This document shows positions 40,717 through 52,194 of a stretch of 64,000 bases of DNA, piece after piece (positions within the stretch are counted from its first letter, which is position 1; every line of letters begins with the position of its first letter). The notes beneath the pieces were generated by a model, which was not told the DNA's origin, made no database searches, and worked only from the letters and a program-made list of their open reading frames with translations. The DNA is taken from positions 11,545,175-11,609,174 of the forward strand of contig MU056000.1 of the NCBI GenBank assembly GCA_013239625.1. Direction: 5' to 3'. Both the position numbers and the translations under genes were made by a program. This stretch comes from Lama guanicoe. Taxonomy: Eukaryota.

Positions 40717-43700
40717 CAGTGATACCTTTTGGCTTTATTTCACCCACTCTTGACAAGGCACCCGGCACTGTCCGACACTTGCTCTTCCGCCCCCAAGTCC
40801 TTCCTCGTCTCACCTGACTCAGCTCTGTCTTTCTCTGGCCATACGCCTCCCTCTGCCTGCTCTCTGTGTCTCACCACCTTCCTCAAACTGCCACTCCTCT
40901 CATCCAGTCACTCATCCAGGTTTCAACTGCTACATAAATCTCCAGCTTGAATTTCCGACCTTAAGTATAATTAACCTTCCCCCATCTGCTCTCACATCTA
41001 TTTCTCTCCTGGCACTTCCCATGCTGTGTTTTAATTGCTTATTTCCCTGCCTGTCTCTCTCCAGCAGCTGGAGAGCAGGGAGGATGCTCTATTCCAAGGC
41101 TCGATGAAGCTTTTCCGTAAAGAGCCAGACAGTAAATATCGGAGGCTATGTAAACATCATGATCCCTCTTTGACGAGTTTGCAGTCTCTCACTAACAACA
41201 CGTAAATGAATGGACATGACTGCGTTTCAACCAAACTTCTTTTATAGGCACTGAAATTTATATCTGATATAATTTTCATGTGCCATGAAATAATCTCCGT
41301 GTTTAGTCAATCATTTCAAAATGTAAAAATCATTCTTAGATTAAAAACAGGCAGCACACCCTGTACTATTTATACCTCCCTCCTGCATCCCAGATGTGGG
41401 ATGCAATAAATACTCAGTGAATGTTGGCCCAAGAGGCGACTAACATTTCTTTGGCTAAGCTGGACCCCGTTGAGAGAGGTGGCCGGAAACAAAACTCACT
41501 AATGACAATAGATCTGGTCTGCTGCTAGGCTAATCATGTCAACATTTCTCTGAAAGAACTTGAACTGTACAAGGTCACAGGAGAGTAAGGCGTTGGGTTT
41601 TATCCCCCAGGAGGGGGCCTAAGGAGTTAATTCACTTTGAGAAACCATTTCAGGCACAGCCCTGAGGGCAAGTAGCAAAAGCAAGGTCCCTTCTATTTTC
41701 TTTCCCGAGCCTTTAAAGACAGCAATCCTGCTAATAACCAACTATGATAATAATCTTCAGAGAAATCGGTAAACATCAGTATGATTAAGGCATGGAAAAG
41801 CCTATAATTTGTGCCTCCAGAGTAAAGCGATAATAACGGCTTACTTCTCAAAACATATAGAGGGTAAAGATTTGTTTTTCCTCCAGCAATTTTGAATTAT
41901 AAGGGGCCATTCTGTCTCTCCCTCCAAGGGAGGGAGTGCTCAGAAATCAGAAAGCGGAAAAAGTCCTAGGCTGGGACACGTTGGAGGATGGACGGCCGCT
42001 CATGATTTAGGCTGGCCGTGTTGCATCAGACTCCAAGTGCAGTTGGGGCATTTTCTGGGGCATGAAGCGGGTTAAGATATTCTGAAACCAGGAAATAATG
42101 ATCTGTGCTCATAAAGGAATTCTGCTCTGAGAAATGATTCCAAACAAGCTAGGAGAGCATGCGAATCTGCTGCAGGGGTGACAGACCAGCCAGCGACGCC
42201 AGCCTCACCGCCCGTCCTCGCCTGGGAGGAAGTTTGAAGGGAAACCCAGCGGGACTCTGGACAAGAGTAGAAGGTTTCCATCCACCCTACATTAGCAGCT
42301 GGATAAAGTTCTCCTAAGTAGCCAAATTGAGACGCTGGAGGGATGTTGGTCCCCAATCAAATTATAGATCAGGAAGCGGAAGCCAGAAATGGAGCAGAGA
42401 TGGCCGACAGTCTTCTTATGTCTGCAGGGAAAGTTATGATAGGAGATTCAAAAAGGAAGCACTGGGCTAATTGACTTCCCTAGTTATTTTTCCAAACGGT
42501 GTTCAAGTGGAGCTTTTTTCGTGTGCCTTATGATTCATGCAGACTTATCCACATGAATGCTTCCTATGAAACTCAGAATGAGACAACAGGGACAACACCT
42601 GCCACCCTCCACCTCCCACTGTCACCCACAGTGCCAGCCAAGGCACTCAGGCTGCCATCTGCATCCCCTCTCTGGCTGGATGCTGACCTACTGATGGTCA
42701 AAGCTCTGTTTTCCTGAGCGATCCAAGTGGCTCAGATCCCAGACTTGGTAGTGGTGGTGGTGACTGGGGTGGGAGGGGGTGGACTATGATGGAAAGTCAG
42801 CTTCCTTCACCAAAAAAAAAAAAAAAACACCTAGGACAAGGCCCTCCTCATGCCCACATCTGTCTTCCTGCAGCACAGTGATACCTTTTGGCTTTATTTC
42901 ACCCACTCTTGACAAGGCACCCGGCACTGTCAGACACTTGCTCTTATGCCCCCAAGTCCTTCCTCGTCTCACCTGACTCAGCTCTGTCTTTCTCTGGCCA
43001 TACGCCTCCCTCTGCCTGCTCTCTGTGTCTCACCACCTTCCTCAAACTGCCACTCCTCTCATCCAGTCACTCATCCAGGTTTCAACTGCTACATAAATCT
43101 CCAGCTTGAATTTCCGACCTTAAGTATAATTAACCTTCCCCCATCTGCTCTCACATCTATTTCTCTCCTGGCACTTCCCATGCTGTGTTTTAATTGCTTA
43201 TTTCCCTGCCTGTCTCTCTCCAGCAGCTGGAGAGCAGGGAGGATGCTCTATTCCAAGGCTCGATGAAGCTTTTCTGTAAAGAGCCAGACAGTAAATATCG
43301 GAGGCTATGTAAACATCATGATCCCTCTTTGACGAGTTTGCAGTCTCTCACTAACAACACGTAAATGAATGGACATGACTGCGTTTCAACCAAACTTCTT
43401 TTATAGGCACTGAAATTTATATCTGATATAATTTTCATGTGCCATGAAATAATCTCCGTGTTTAGTCAACCATTTCAAAATGTAAAAATCATTCTTAGAT
43501 TAAAAACAGGCAGCACACCCTGTACTATTTATATCTCCCTCCTGCATCCCAGATGTGGGACGCAATAAATACTCAGCGAATGTTGGCCCAAGAGGCGACT
43601 AACATTTCTTTGGCTAAGCTGGACCCCGTTGAGAGAGGTGGCCGGAAACAAAACTCACTAATGACAATAGATCTGGTCTGCTGCTAGGCTAATCATGTCA

Positions 43701-44984
43701 ACATTTCTCCGAAAGAACTTGAACTGTACAAGGTCACAGGAGAGTAAGGCGTTGGGTTTTATCCCCCAGGAGGGGGCCTAAGGAGTTAATTCACTTTGAG
43801 AAACCATTTCAGGCACAGCCCTGAGGGCAAGTAGCAAAAGCAAGGTCCCTTCTATTTTCTTTCCCGAGACTTTAAAGACAGCAATCCCGCTAATAACCAA
43901 CTATGATAATAATCTTCAGAGAAATCGGTAAACATCAGTATGATTAAGGCATGGAAAAGCCTATAATTTGTGCCTCCAGAGTAAAGCGATAATAACGGCT
44001 TACTTCTCAAAACATATAGAGGGTAAAGATTTGTTTTTCCTCCAGCAATTTTGAATTATAAGGGGCCATTCTGCCTCTCCCTCCAAGGGAGGGAGTGCTC
44101 AGAAATCAGAAAGCAGAAAAAGTCCTAGGCTGGGACACGTTGGAGGATGGACAGCCGCTCATGATTTAGGCCGGCCGTGTTGCATCAGACTCCAAGTGCA
44201 GTTGGGGCATTTTCTGGGGCATGAAGCGGGTTAAGATATTCTGAAACCAGGAAATAATGATCTGTGCTCATAAAGGAATTCTGCTCTGAGAAATGATTCC
44301 AAACAAGCTAGGAGAGCATGCGAATCTGCTGCAGGGGTGACAGACCAGCCAGCGACGCCAGCCTCACCGCCCGTCCTCGCCTGGGAGGAAGTTTGAAGGG
44401 AAACCCAGCGGGACTCTGGACAAGAGTAGAAGGTTTCCATCCACCCTACATTAGCAGCTGGATAAAGTTCTCCTAAGTAGCCAAATTGAGACGCTGGAGG
44501 GATGTTGGTCCCCAATCAAATTATAGATCAGGAAGCGGAAGCCAGAAATGGAGCAGAGATGGCCGACAGTCTTCTTATGTCTGCAGGGAAAGTTGTGATA
44601 GGAGATTCAAAAAGGAAGCACTGGGCTAATTGACTTCCCTAGTTATTTTTCCAAACGGTGTTCAAGTGGAGCTTTTTTCGTGTGCCTTATGATTCATGCA
44701 GACTTATCCACATGAATGCTTCCTATGAAACTCAGAATGAGACAACAGGGACAACACCTGCCACCCTCCACCTCCCGCTGTCACCCACAGTGCCAGCCAA
44801 GGCACTCAGGCTGCCATCTGCATCCCCTCTCTGGCTGGATGCTGACCTACTGATGGTCAAAGCTCTGTTTTCCTGAGCGATCCAAGTGGCTCAGATCCCA
44901 GACTTGGTAGTGGTGGTGGTGACTGGGGTGGGAGGGGGTGGACTATGATGGAAAGTCAGCTTCCTTCACCAAAAAAAAAAAAAA
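40668..44984 (+). repeat. Tandem duplication 1, ~2159-bp unit (40668-42826 and 42827-44984)
   Basis: Near-identical copies at offset 2159 (e.g. identical ORFs at 42072/44231 and 42499/44658). The junction is at an A16 tract. Confidence 0.97.
41095..41360 (+). mobile_element. MER58-type hAT-Charlie element (second copy at ~43254-43519)
   Basis: cttttccgtaaagagccagacagtaaatat...taaatgaatggacatgactgcgtttcaaccaaactt...aaaatgtaaaaatcattcttag. Confidence 0.8.
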
Positions 44985-47813
44985 TCTACTTTACATATAT
45001 TTGAAGTCTTATGATCAAACTTGCTGATAATTCTGAATGAGGTAAGGTGCAGCCCTGAGAAGAGGTAGAGGGGGTGTTGGTGGCCGACAGCTATTGTCCT
45101 CACTTCCCATAGAGAAAGTGTCTTCGATGTGGAGACAGCCCATGTCAGACCACACTGGGTTCTGTGGTCCTGGCTCTCGGTAGGCAGGGCTGGGAAAGAG
45201 CTTACTGTGTCAGACATCCACAAAGTCCTCTGTGCAGGACAATACCTCAGGGACCCTAGAGAGTGGTGAACTTGACTGTTCTCTTGATTTTTTTACATTT
45301 TCACCTGGAATTATTTGATACATTTTATATTTATTCATAAATATTTTGCAGCTTAAAAAAATGCTATTTCTCTACAATGACCCAGGAGTTGCCAGCAACT
45401 GTCCTTTCAAGCACACTCATCTGTATGTTTGATGACCCTGTGTGACAGTGTGAGAATTGGTGGCTCTCTGGTGGGGGCTCTCCAGAAAACCCACTTTTTT
45501 TCCTGCTCTAAATCATGGCATATTTCAATTCTAATGCTAATTTCTTTCTAAGTCTCAGTAAATATGTTTTTCACCTAAAACACTTTAAGAAATATTGTCA
45601 ACTTCTGAATCATGCTGGGAAGCGCCAGAGAGCATGGAAAGTTTTAAACAGAGGAGAGTTTTAACATCCTTTATATTTTGCTTGGAATGTATGACAATTT
45701 TCTTCCTTGGTTGATTCATTTCTTAATTATTCTTTGCTTATGCTGATTGGGTTATATCTGTTGATAGCAAGCCACAGGAAGGAAGATGACCTAAAAGCAC
45801 CATTTTAGGTGGAAACAACTATTACATGGGCAACTGGTCGTCCTCGATGGTGTGGACTCATTTGCCATAACCAAGACTCTGATTACGCTGAAATTCTTTT
45901 GTCAAACTTCTTCACTTTTCCTCATATAATATAAAAAAAAAGACCTCTCCCTCCAAGGGAGGGAGTGCTCAGAAATCAGAAAGCAGAAAAAGTCCTAGGC
46001 TGGGACACGTTGGAGGATGGACAGCCGCTCATGATTTAGGCCGGCCGTGTTGCATCAGACTCCAAGTGCAGTTGGGGCATTTTCTGGGGCATGAAGCGGG
46101 TTAAGATATTCTGAAACCAGGAAATAATGATCTGTGCTCATAAAGGAATTCTGCTCTGAGAAATGATTCCAAACAAGCTAGGAGAGCATGCGAATCTGCT
46201 GCAGGGGTGACAGACCAGCCAGCGACGCCAGCCTCACCGCCCGTCCTCGCCTGGGAGGAAGTTTGAAGGGAAACCCAGCGGGACTCTGGACAAGAGTAGA
46301 AGGTTTCCGTCCACCCTACATTAGCAGCTGGATAAAGTTCTCCTAAGTAGCCAAATTGAGACGCTGGAGGGATGTTGGTCCCCAATCAAATTATAGATCA
46401 GGAAGCGGAAGCCAGAAATGGAGCAGAGATGGCCGACAGTCTTCTTATGTCTGCAGGGAAAGTTGTGATAGGAGATTCAAAAAGGAAGCACTGGGCTAAT
46501 TGACTTCCCTAGTTATTTTTCCAAACGGTGTTCAAGTGGAGCTTTTTTCGTGTGCCTTATGATTCATGCAGACTTATCCACATGAATGCTTCCTATGAAA
46601 CTCAGAATGAGACAACAGGGACAACACCTGCCACCCTCCACCTCCCACTGTCACCCACAGTGCCAGCCAAGGCACTCAGGCTGCCATCTGCATCCCCTCT
46701 CTGGCTGGATGCTGACCTACTGATGGTCAAAGCTCTGTTTTCCTGAGCGATCCAAGTGGCTCAGATCCCAGACTTGGTAGTGGTGGTGGTGACTGGGGTG
46801 GGAGGGGGTGGACTATGATGGAAAGTCAGCTTCCTTCACCAAAAAAAAAAAAAATCTACTTTACATATATTTGAAGTCTTATGATCAAACTTGCTGATAA
46901 TTCTGAATGAGGTAAGGTGCAGCCCTGAGAAGAGGTAGAGGGGGTGTTGGTGGCCGACAGCTATTGTCCTCACTTCCCATAGAGAAAGTGTCTTCGATGT
47001 GGAGACAGCCCATGTCAGACCACACTGGGTTCTGTGGTCCTGGCTCTCGGTAGGCAGGGCTGGGAAAGAGCTTACTGTGTCAGACATCCACAAAGTCCTC
47101 TGTGCAGGACAATACCTCAGGGACCCTAGAGAGTGGTGAACTTGACTGTTCTCTTGATTTTTTTACATTTTCACCTGGAATTATTTGATACATTTTATAT
47201 TTATTCATAAATATTTTGCAGCTTAAAAAAATGCTATTTCTCTACAATGACCCAGGAGTTGCCAGCAACTGTCCTTTCAAGCACACTCATCTGTATGTTT
47301 GATGACCCTGTGTGACAGTGTGAGAATTGGTGGCTCTCTGGTGGGGGCTCTCCAGAAAACCCATTTTTTTTCCTGCTCTAAATCATGGCATATTTCAATT
47401 CTAATGCTAATTTCTTTCTAAGTCTCAGTAAATATGTTTTTCACCTAAAACACTTTAAGAAATATTGTCAACTTCTGAATCATGCTGGGAAGCGCCAGAG
47501 AGCATGGAAAGTTTTAAACAGAGGAGAGTTTTAACATCCTTTATATTTTGCTTGGAATGTATGACAATTTTCTTCCTTGGTTGATTCATTTCTTAATTAT
47601 TCTTTGCTTATGCTGATTGGGTTATATCTGTTGATAGCAAGCCACAGGAAGGAAGATGACCTAAAAGCACCATTTTAGGTGGAAACAACTATTACATGGG
47701 CAACTGGTCGTCCTCGATGGTGTGGACTCATTTGCCATAACCAAGACTCTGATTACGCTGAAATTCTTTTGTCAAACTTCTTCACTTTTCCTCATATAAT
47801 ATAAAAAAAAAGA
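44074..47813 (+). repeat. Tandem duplication 2, 1870-bp unit (44074-45943 and 45944-47813)
   Basis: Near-identical copies at offset 1870 (ORFs 44231/46101 and 44966/46836). The junction is ataaaaaaaaaga|cctctccc. Confidence 0.97.
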
Positions 47814-48462
47814 AAATGTGCATTTCAGATTTCACATCAATAAAATGTTAAATCATGTGTTAGTTTCAGCTGCTGTGCCTGGAGCAAAAAATAGCCAAGT
47901 GAAGCAATATCAAACTTCTATTTTCTCAATGTGCAAAATATGGAACTGAGAACCAGGTCCTGTGCCCAGAGCCTTCCCCCGTGCATTTGTGCTTCCTTTC
48001 TGAATTTGCTCGTCTTCCTTTGTCCACTGTGCAGATCTCCTTAGAGGGGAGCCAAGAGCAGCAGCCTGCTGTGATTATTTCTTCTCCCTAAATTGCCGCC
48101 CCTGGGCTACAACATCTCAGTGATTTAAATCCTTTATATCAGATTAGTTTTCCTAGTGCACAATCATAGTCTGGATGTCATCTATTCAAATATTTAAAAG
48201 AGCTCACCAAATATGTAAAGTCATATTTCTTTGTACTCCCACTTCCTTAAGACGTCTCCCACTTACGGTTCTCTGTCTACCTTTTGACCACCACCCGCTC
48301 ACCTTTAATAGCCTTCTCTTAATTGTCTTGAACTCATTTTCACTTTATTCGTCTTTCAGGGAACAGAGTTACTTTATCATTTAGGAAATACAACTGGTCT
48401 ATTCAGACAAGGTGAAACCTGTTCATCAAACTCTCACACATTTACCATTCCATCATGTAGAA

Positions 48463-48665
48463 ATCTATCCAATATGGTAGCCATTAGCCAGAGTGGCTAT
48501 TTAAGTTAATTTAAATAAAGCTAAATTTAAAATTGAGTTTCTCATTCTCACTAACTGTATTTCAAGTGCACAACAGCCAAATGTAGCTAGTGTCTTTTGT
48601 ATTGGACAGCACAGTTCCACAACATTTTCATCATTGCAGAAAGTTCTGTTCGGCAGACTTGATCG
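48463..48665. mobile_element. MER3/MER33-type hAT-Charlie element
   Basis: tccaatatggtagccattagcca...atttcaagtgcacaacagcca.atgtagctagtg...attggacagcacag...tcattgcagaaagttct. Confidence 0.8.
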
Positions 48666-50990
48666 AGATATTTGAACTATAAGAGAATCCAGACCCTTAG
48701 GAGAATTCAAAACTTTAATAGCAAGAAGAAACTGGATCGTGGGAAAGCAGACAATGTATTGGTTAATAATAAATGAAAACAACAAACAGATTTACTTTGT
48801 CTGGAACTAAGTACATTTTCCCAAGTAAATACATTTTCTAGAGATATTTACATTTCTATTTAACAGTCCAATAATAATCTCTTCCTAAACATTGTATACA
48901 CTGGCTGGATTATAATATTTTTTGATTCTAGAATAATCTTCTATGGATTTTCAGAATTATTTTTTAAGAAAATTTATGAAGTTGTCAATCTGCTTCTTCT
49001 CATTTAGGTATAAACAAGTTTGAAAGCTTGGACGAACAGGAATAGGGGAATGATTCCAATCGCTTTAAAGCAAGCGCTCTGAATAAAGAGCCAATCCTAC
49101 ATCGTCCAGTGGTGACTAGGGAGCCATCTTCCCACTTGCCAAGCATCTCTTCATCCATCAGCCTGCTTGGCTATCACTTCCCCATGAAATCTCCCTGAAA
49201 CCATTCCCTCTCTGCACAAAACGGCCAGCGTCAATCTCTCCCGGCTGTCCAACTACCATCTCCTGTGCACAATCCCATCGCCGTGCACAGCCCGCTGAAT
49301 TCTAGGTACCTCACTTACATGTCTGTCTGTCCCTGTAGCTGGGAGCTCCTTGGGGGCAGGAAAATGACCAGCTGTTATTTGCATTCCCAGCACTCAGCAC
49401 TGTGTCTGACACATAGAAAGTTTATTGGACTGAGCTGAGCAAATTGGACTCAAAGCTGCAAACCTGCTTTTCACTGTAGCTCTGATTCTAGTCTTGTATT
49501 TGAGGTATAATCAATGTAACCTATTTTGTTACTGTGTGCGTTTAATTAGGAGACATTTTAATTAATTTGAAACGTTAGCAGGAGCTATACCGGCTATTAG
49601 CATCTGGTTGCCTGTTGGCAGCCTGTGTGTATTTGCTTTCTTGACTGTAGTAGATTCCCATTTCTTGGGAAAAGGTACGATTTTTCTGTGGGTCCGAAGA
49701 GACTAATTAATGAGATCGCCAAGTGAAATAAACAATGTTGTTCAGTCTGAATTCTTTAATATTTTCTTTAATATTTTTACTATTTTAATATTTAAAAATA
49801 ATTCACTGAATGGTGGGGCTTTGATTTGATGAGCCAAAAGACAGTGAAAAGTATGTTAATATTTAAAACTTAGATAAAAATTCACTCTCCAAAGTGTCTC
49901 CAGGAAAATGTTAATTTTTGTTCCTTAGAAATTTGACTTCATAGAAAGGTCAAATGCTCAGATTTCAAAAGGGAAGCCCAAATATGTCACATAGTGTCAA
50001 AAAGATCATTAGTTCATATGTGTGTACTCCTAAAACTGGAATTCTAATAATCCTGATTAAAGGACTGGCCTTAGCCATCAAAATTTAAGATAGAATGACT
50101 CAGCGCTAAAAGCAAGCTGTGAAATTCAAGAAAATGATTCCCTAACCAAGAAATATATGGTCTTTTTCTGTGTTGTAATATCAAGAAAGTCAACTGGAAT
50201 TTCTTCTCTGCAGATTGGATTGGGAGCTTAGTGGTTCTTTTGTTTTCCATCTCTCCCTTCAATATCAATGAAATACTACATTTTACAACATCTATGTTGC
50301 AAGACGAAACAAACACTGTTTCTGAATGCATTGAGGAATTTGTGGGATAATTTCATTAATTCTCCTTTTTTTTTTAAGAGCCATACCCTAGAGATTAGAT
50401 TTGTATAGAGATTTCCAAATTTCCAAATGCTTACATATACATTATCATATTTAAGGCAAATTGTTCATATACATGATTAGTCCAGTTAGTCAGGCACCAT
50501 CTGCTCAGTTTACACATTATTCCTGACATTTCCCTCCTTTCTTTTTTTCTTTCTGGCCTGAAATTTCATCATTTTTCTTTCTCATTAGTCTTGTATTGGT
50601 AACAAGAGAGCAAAGAAGAAAAGGAAGTGAAATTCAACCTGATCTTATGTTTTAAATGCATAGAGTTCTTTTTTAAAAAAAAAAAGACTGAAAATATTAA
50701 AGTTGCTAGTTAAATTAAGGCTGTAGTGAATAGAGGCACTGATTTAAGTGATTTCAAGTATTTTAATGTTGGTGACTTACTCAGATACTCTTAATCTACA
50801 ACTTCCAGTTAATAGCATAATTACTCGACAACAGTTATTTCCTTTAGTTAAGCCTGTGTGCTAAAGATGCTTATTCCCGTTTTTATAGGCGAGAAAACAG
50901 GAATATGGAGGGATGAAGTTGATCTGTCCAAGCAGAGGCCAGGGCTAGAAACCAAGTCATTGGATTCCAGGTTGAGAATCCTTCCCTAAT

Positions 50991-51184
50991 CAGTGCTTCT
51001 CAAACTTCAGCGCACATCAGCACCTTGGCGTCTTTGTAAACACCAATGGCTGGTGGGGAGGGAACCTTGAAGTCTCTGATTCAGCAGGTCTGGGGTGGGT
51101 CTTGAGAATGTGCATGTCTAAAGCACTTGCTGCAGACGCTGGTGCTGCCATGGTCGTCCTGGGACCATACTTTGCAAACCATGG
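50991..51184. mobile_element. MER5A-type hAT-Charlie element
   Basis: cagtgcttctcaaactt...tctgattcagcaggtctggggtggg...gaccatactttgcaaaccatgg, with imperfect TIRs. Confidence 0.8.
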
Positions 51185-52001
51185 CTGCTTCCCTCAGCTC
51201 TTTTTACATCCCTTAAACTGTAAACCACATCAGGGTAGGGAGTCTCCTGAATCTGGTGTTGCCTCTCTCTGTCCTCCCCCCCATTGTCAACTGGTCATCA
51301 TCGCAATGCCTATGGCACTTCACACACACACCTGCGTAAATACCCCATGAATTGGCTTCCATTTTCACATAGTATAAGGAAAACAAGAGATTGGTCAAGT
51401 GAAAGGCATAAGTAACCATTTCTGTAGGGTCTATTTAAGCTAAAATGTTTCACCCTTTTTCTCTTCTAAGCCAATGAATTTAATAAGGGACATAAAGAGG
51501 CACAGGAAAGCAAGGAAAACTGTCCCCAAGTTCTTACCCTTCCAAGGAGCTCTTTATGCCCTTGGGGAATCTGAGTTGCCAGGCGAGGATGTAAGATCTC
51601 CAGGTGTCCGTGCTCTCCCTAGATGCACAATATCGCCATTGGCATTTGTCAGTGTTTTCCCAGCTTAGCGAGACGGATTTATTTGCTCTTATCCCTTAGA
51701 AATAAATGACCATCCTTACAAGTCCCGCCCCAAATAATTTCTCCAACTCCTTCTTTGTGTTGCAAAATATGTCACTTTGAATGGGCATTATCCTGTTAAT
51801 TTTTTTCAGACTACTTAGAAATATAGATGCTCTGCTTTTTGAGCATAGTGGCCAGGTTGCCGTACCCCAGATAGGTAATGAATTGGAGAACCAAGGTCAC
51901 GTGAACCACAACATTCTGTATTAGATCCGACTGATGAAAACAGAACAGCTGCAAGAAATGGATTACTGACAGTTTGTTAACGTCGAACGTCACGATCTTA
52001 C

Positions 52002-52194
52002 CTATGCACACTAGATCCATAAAACCATACATTCCATAGCAGATTTGAAAAAGGATGTCCTTCCTCTGCCACACTGCATAGGGGCTGAAGGCGGACCAGA
52101 GGAGCCAGGTCACACTCGCTATTAAGAACAGGGATCCTAGGATTACAGCAATCATCTGAACTTTCTCAACCAGTGTTATAGAAATGCTTTGCCA
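52002..52194 (-). CDS. MARCHF11: MARCHF11 penultimate coding exon (two transmembrane helices), 193 bp
   Basis: Translates to [64 protein letters not shown](G), recognised as the MARCH4/9/11 TM region with MARCH11-type residues. Acceptor is a polypyrimidine tract plus ttttag (plus-strand CT at 52195-52196). Donor is G|gtaaga (plus-strand AC at 52000-52001). The exon starts in phase 0 and ends in phase 1. Confidence 0.96.

Larger units (their letters stand above)
38950..41425 (+). mobile_element. Degraded L2, interrupted by the solo LTR and a MER58
   Basis: Pyrimidine-rich L2-like body and a 3' tail caataaatactcagtgaatg (~41405). The distal part is repeated in duplication 1. Confidence 0.6.
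30205..52001 (-). other. MARCHF11: MARCHF11 last intron (21,797 bp, GT-AG, phase 1)
   Basis: Bounded by canonical splice sites, and the reading frame is preserved across the junction. Confidence 0.93.

Noticed and set aside
42072..47093. Repeated identical ORFs (94, 72 and 85 aa) resembling a tandem gene family
   Set aside because: They are a by-product of the recent duplications. They use non-ATG starts and have no recognisable domains or splice structure.
51811..52001. ORF 51811-52155 continuing 63 codons past the exon
   Set aside because: A strong GTAAGA donor lies at 52001, similarity to MARCH proteins ends exactly there, and the frame continues in the 30204 exon. The extension is chance read-through into the intron.
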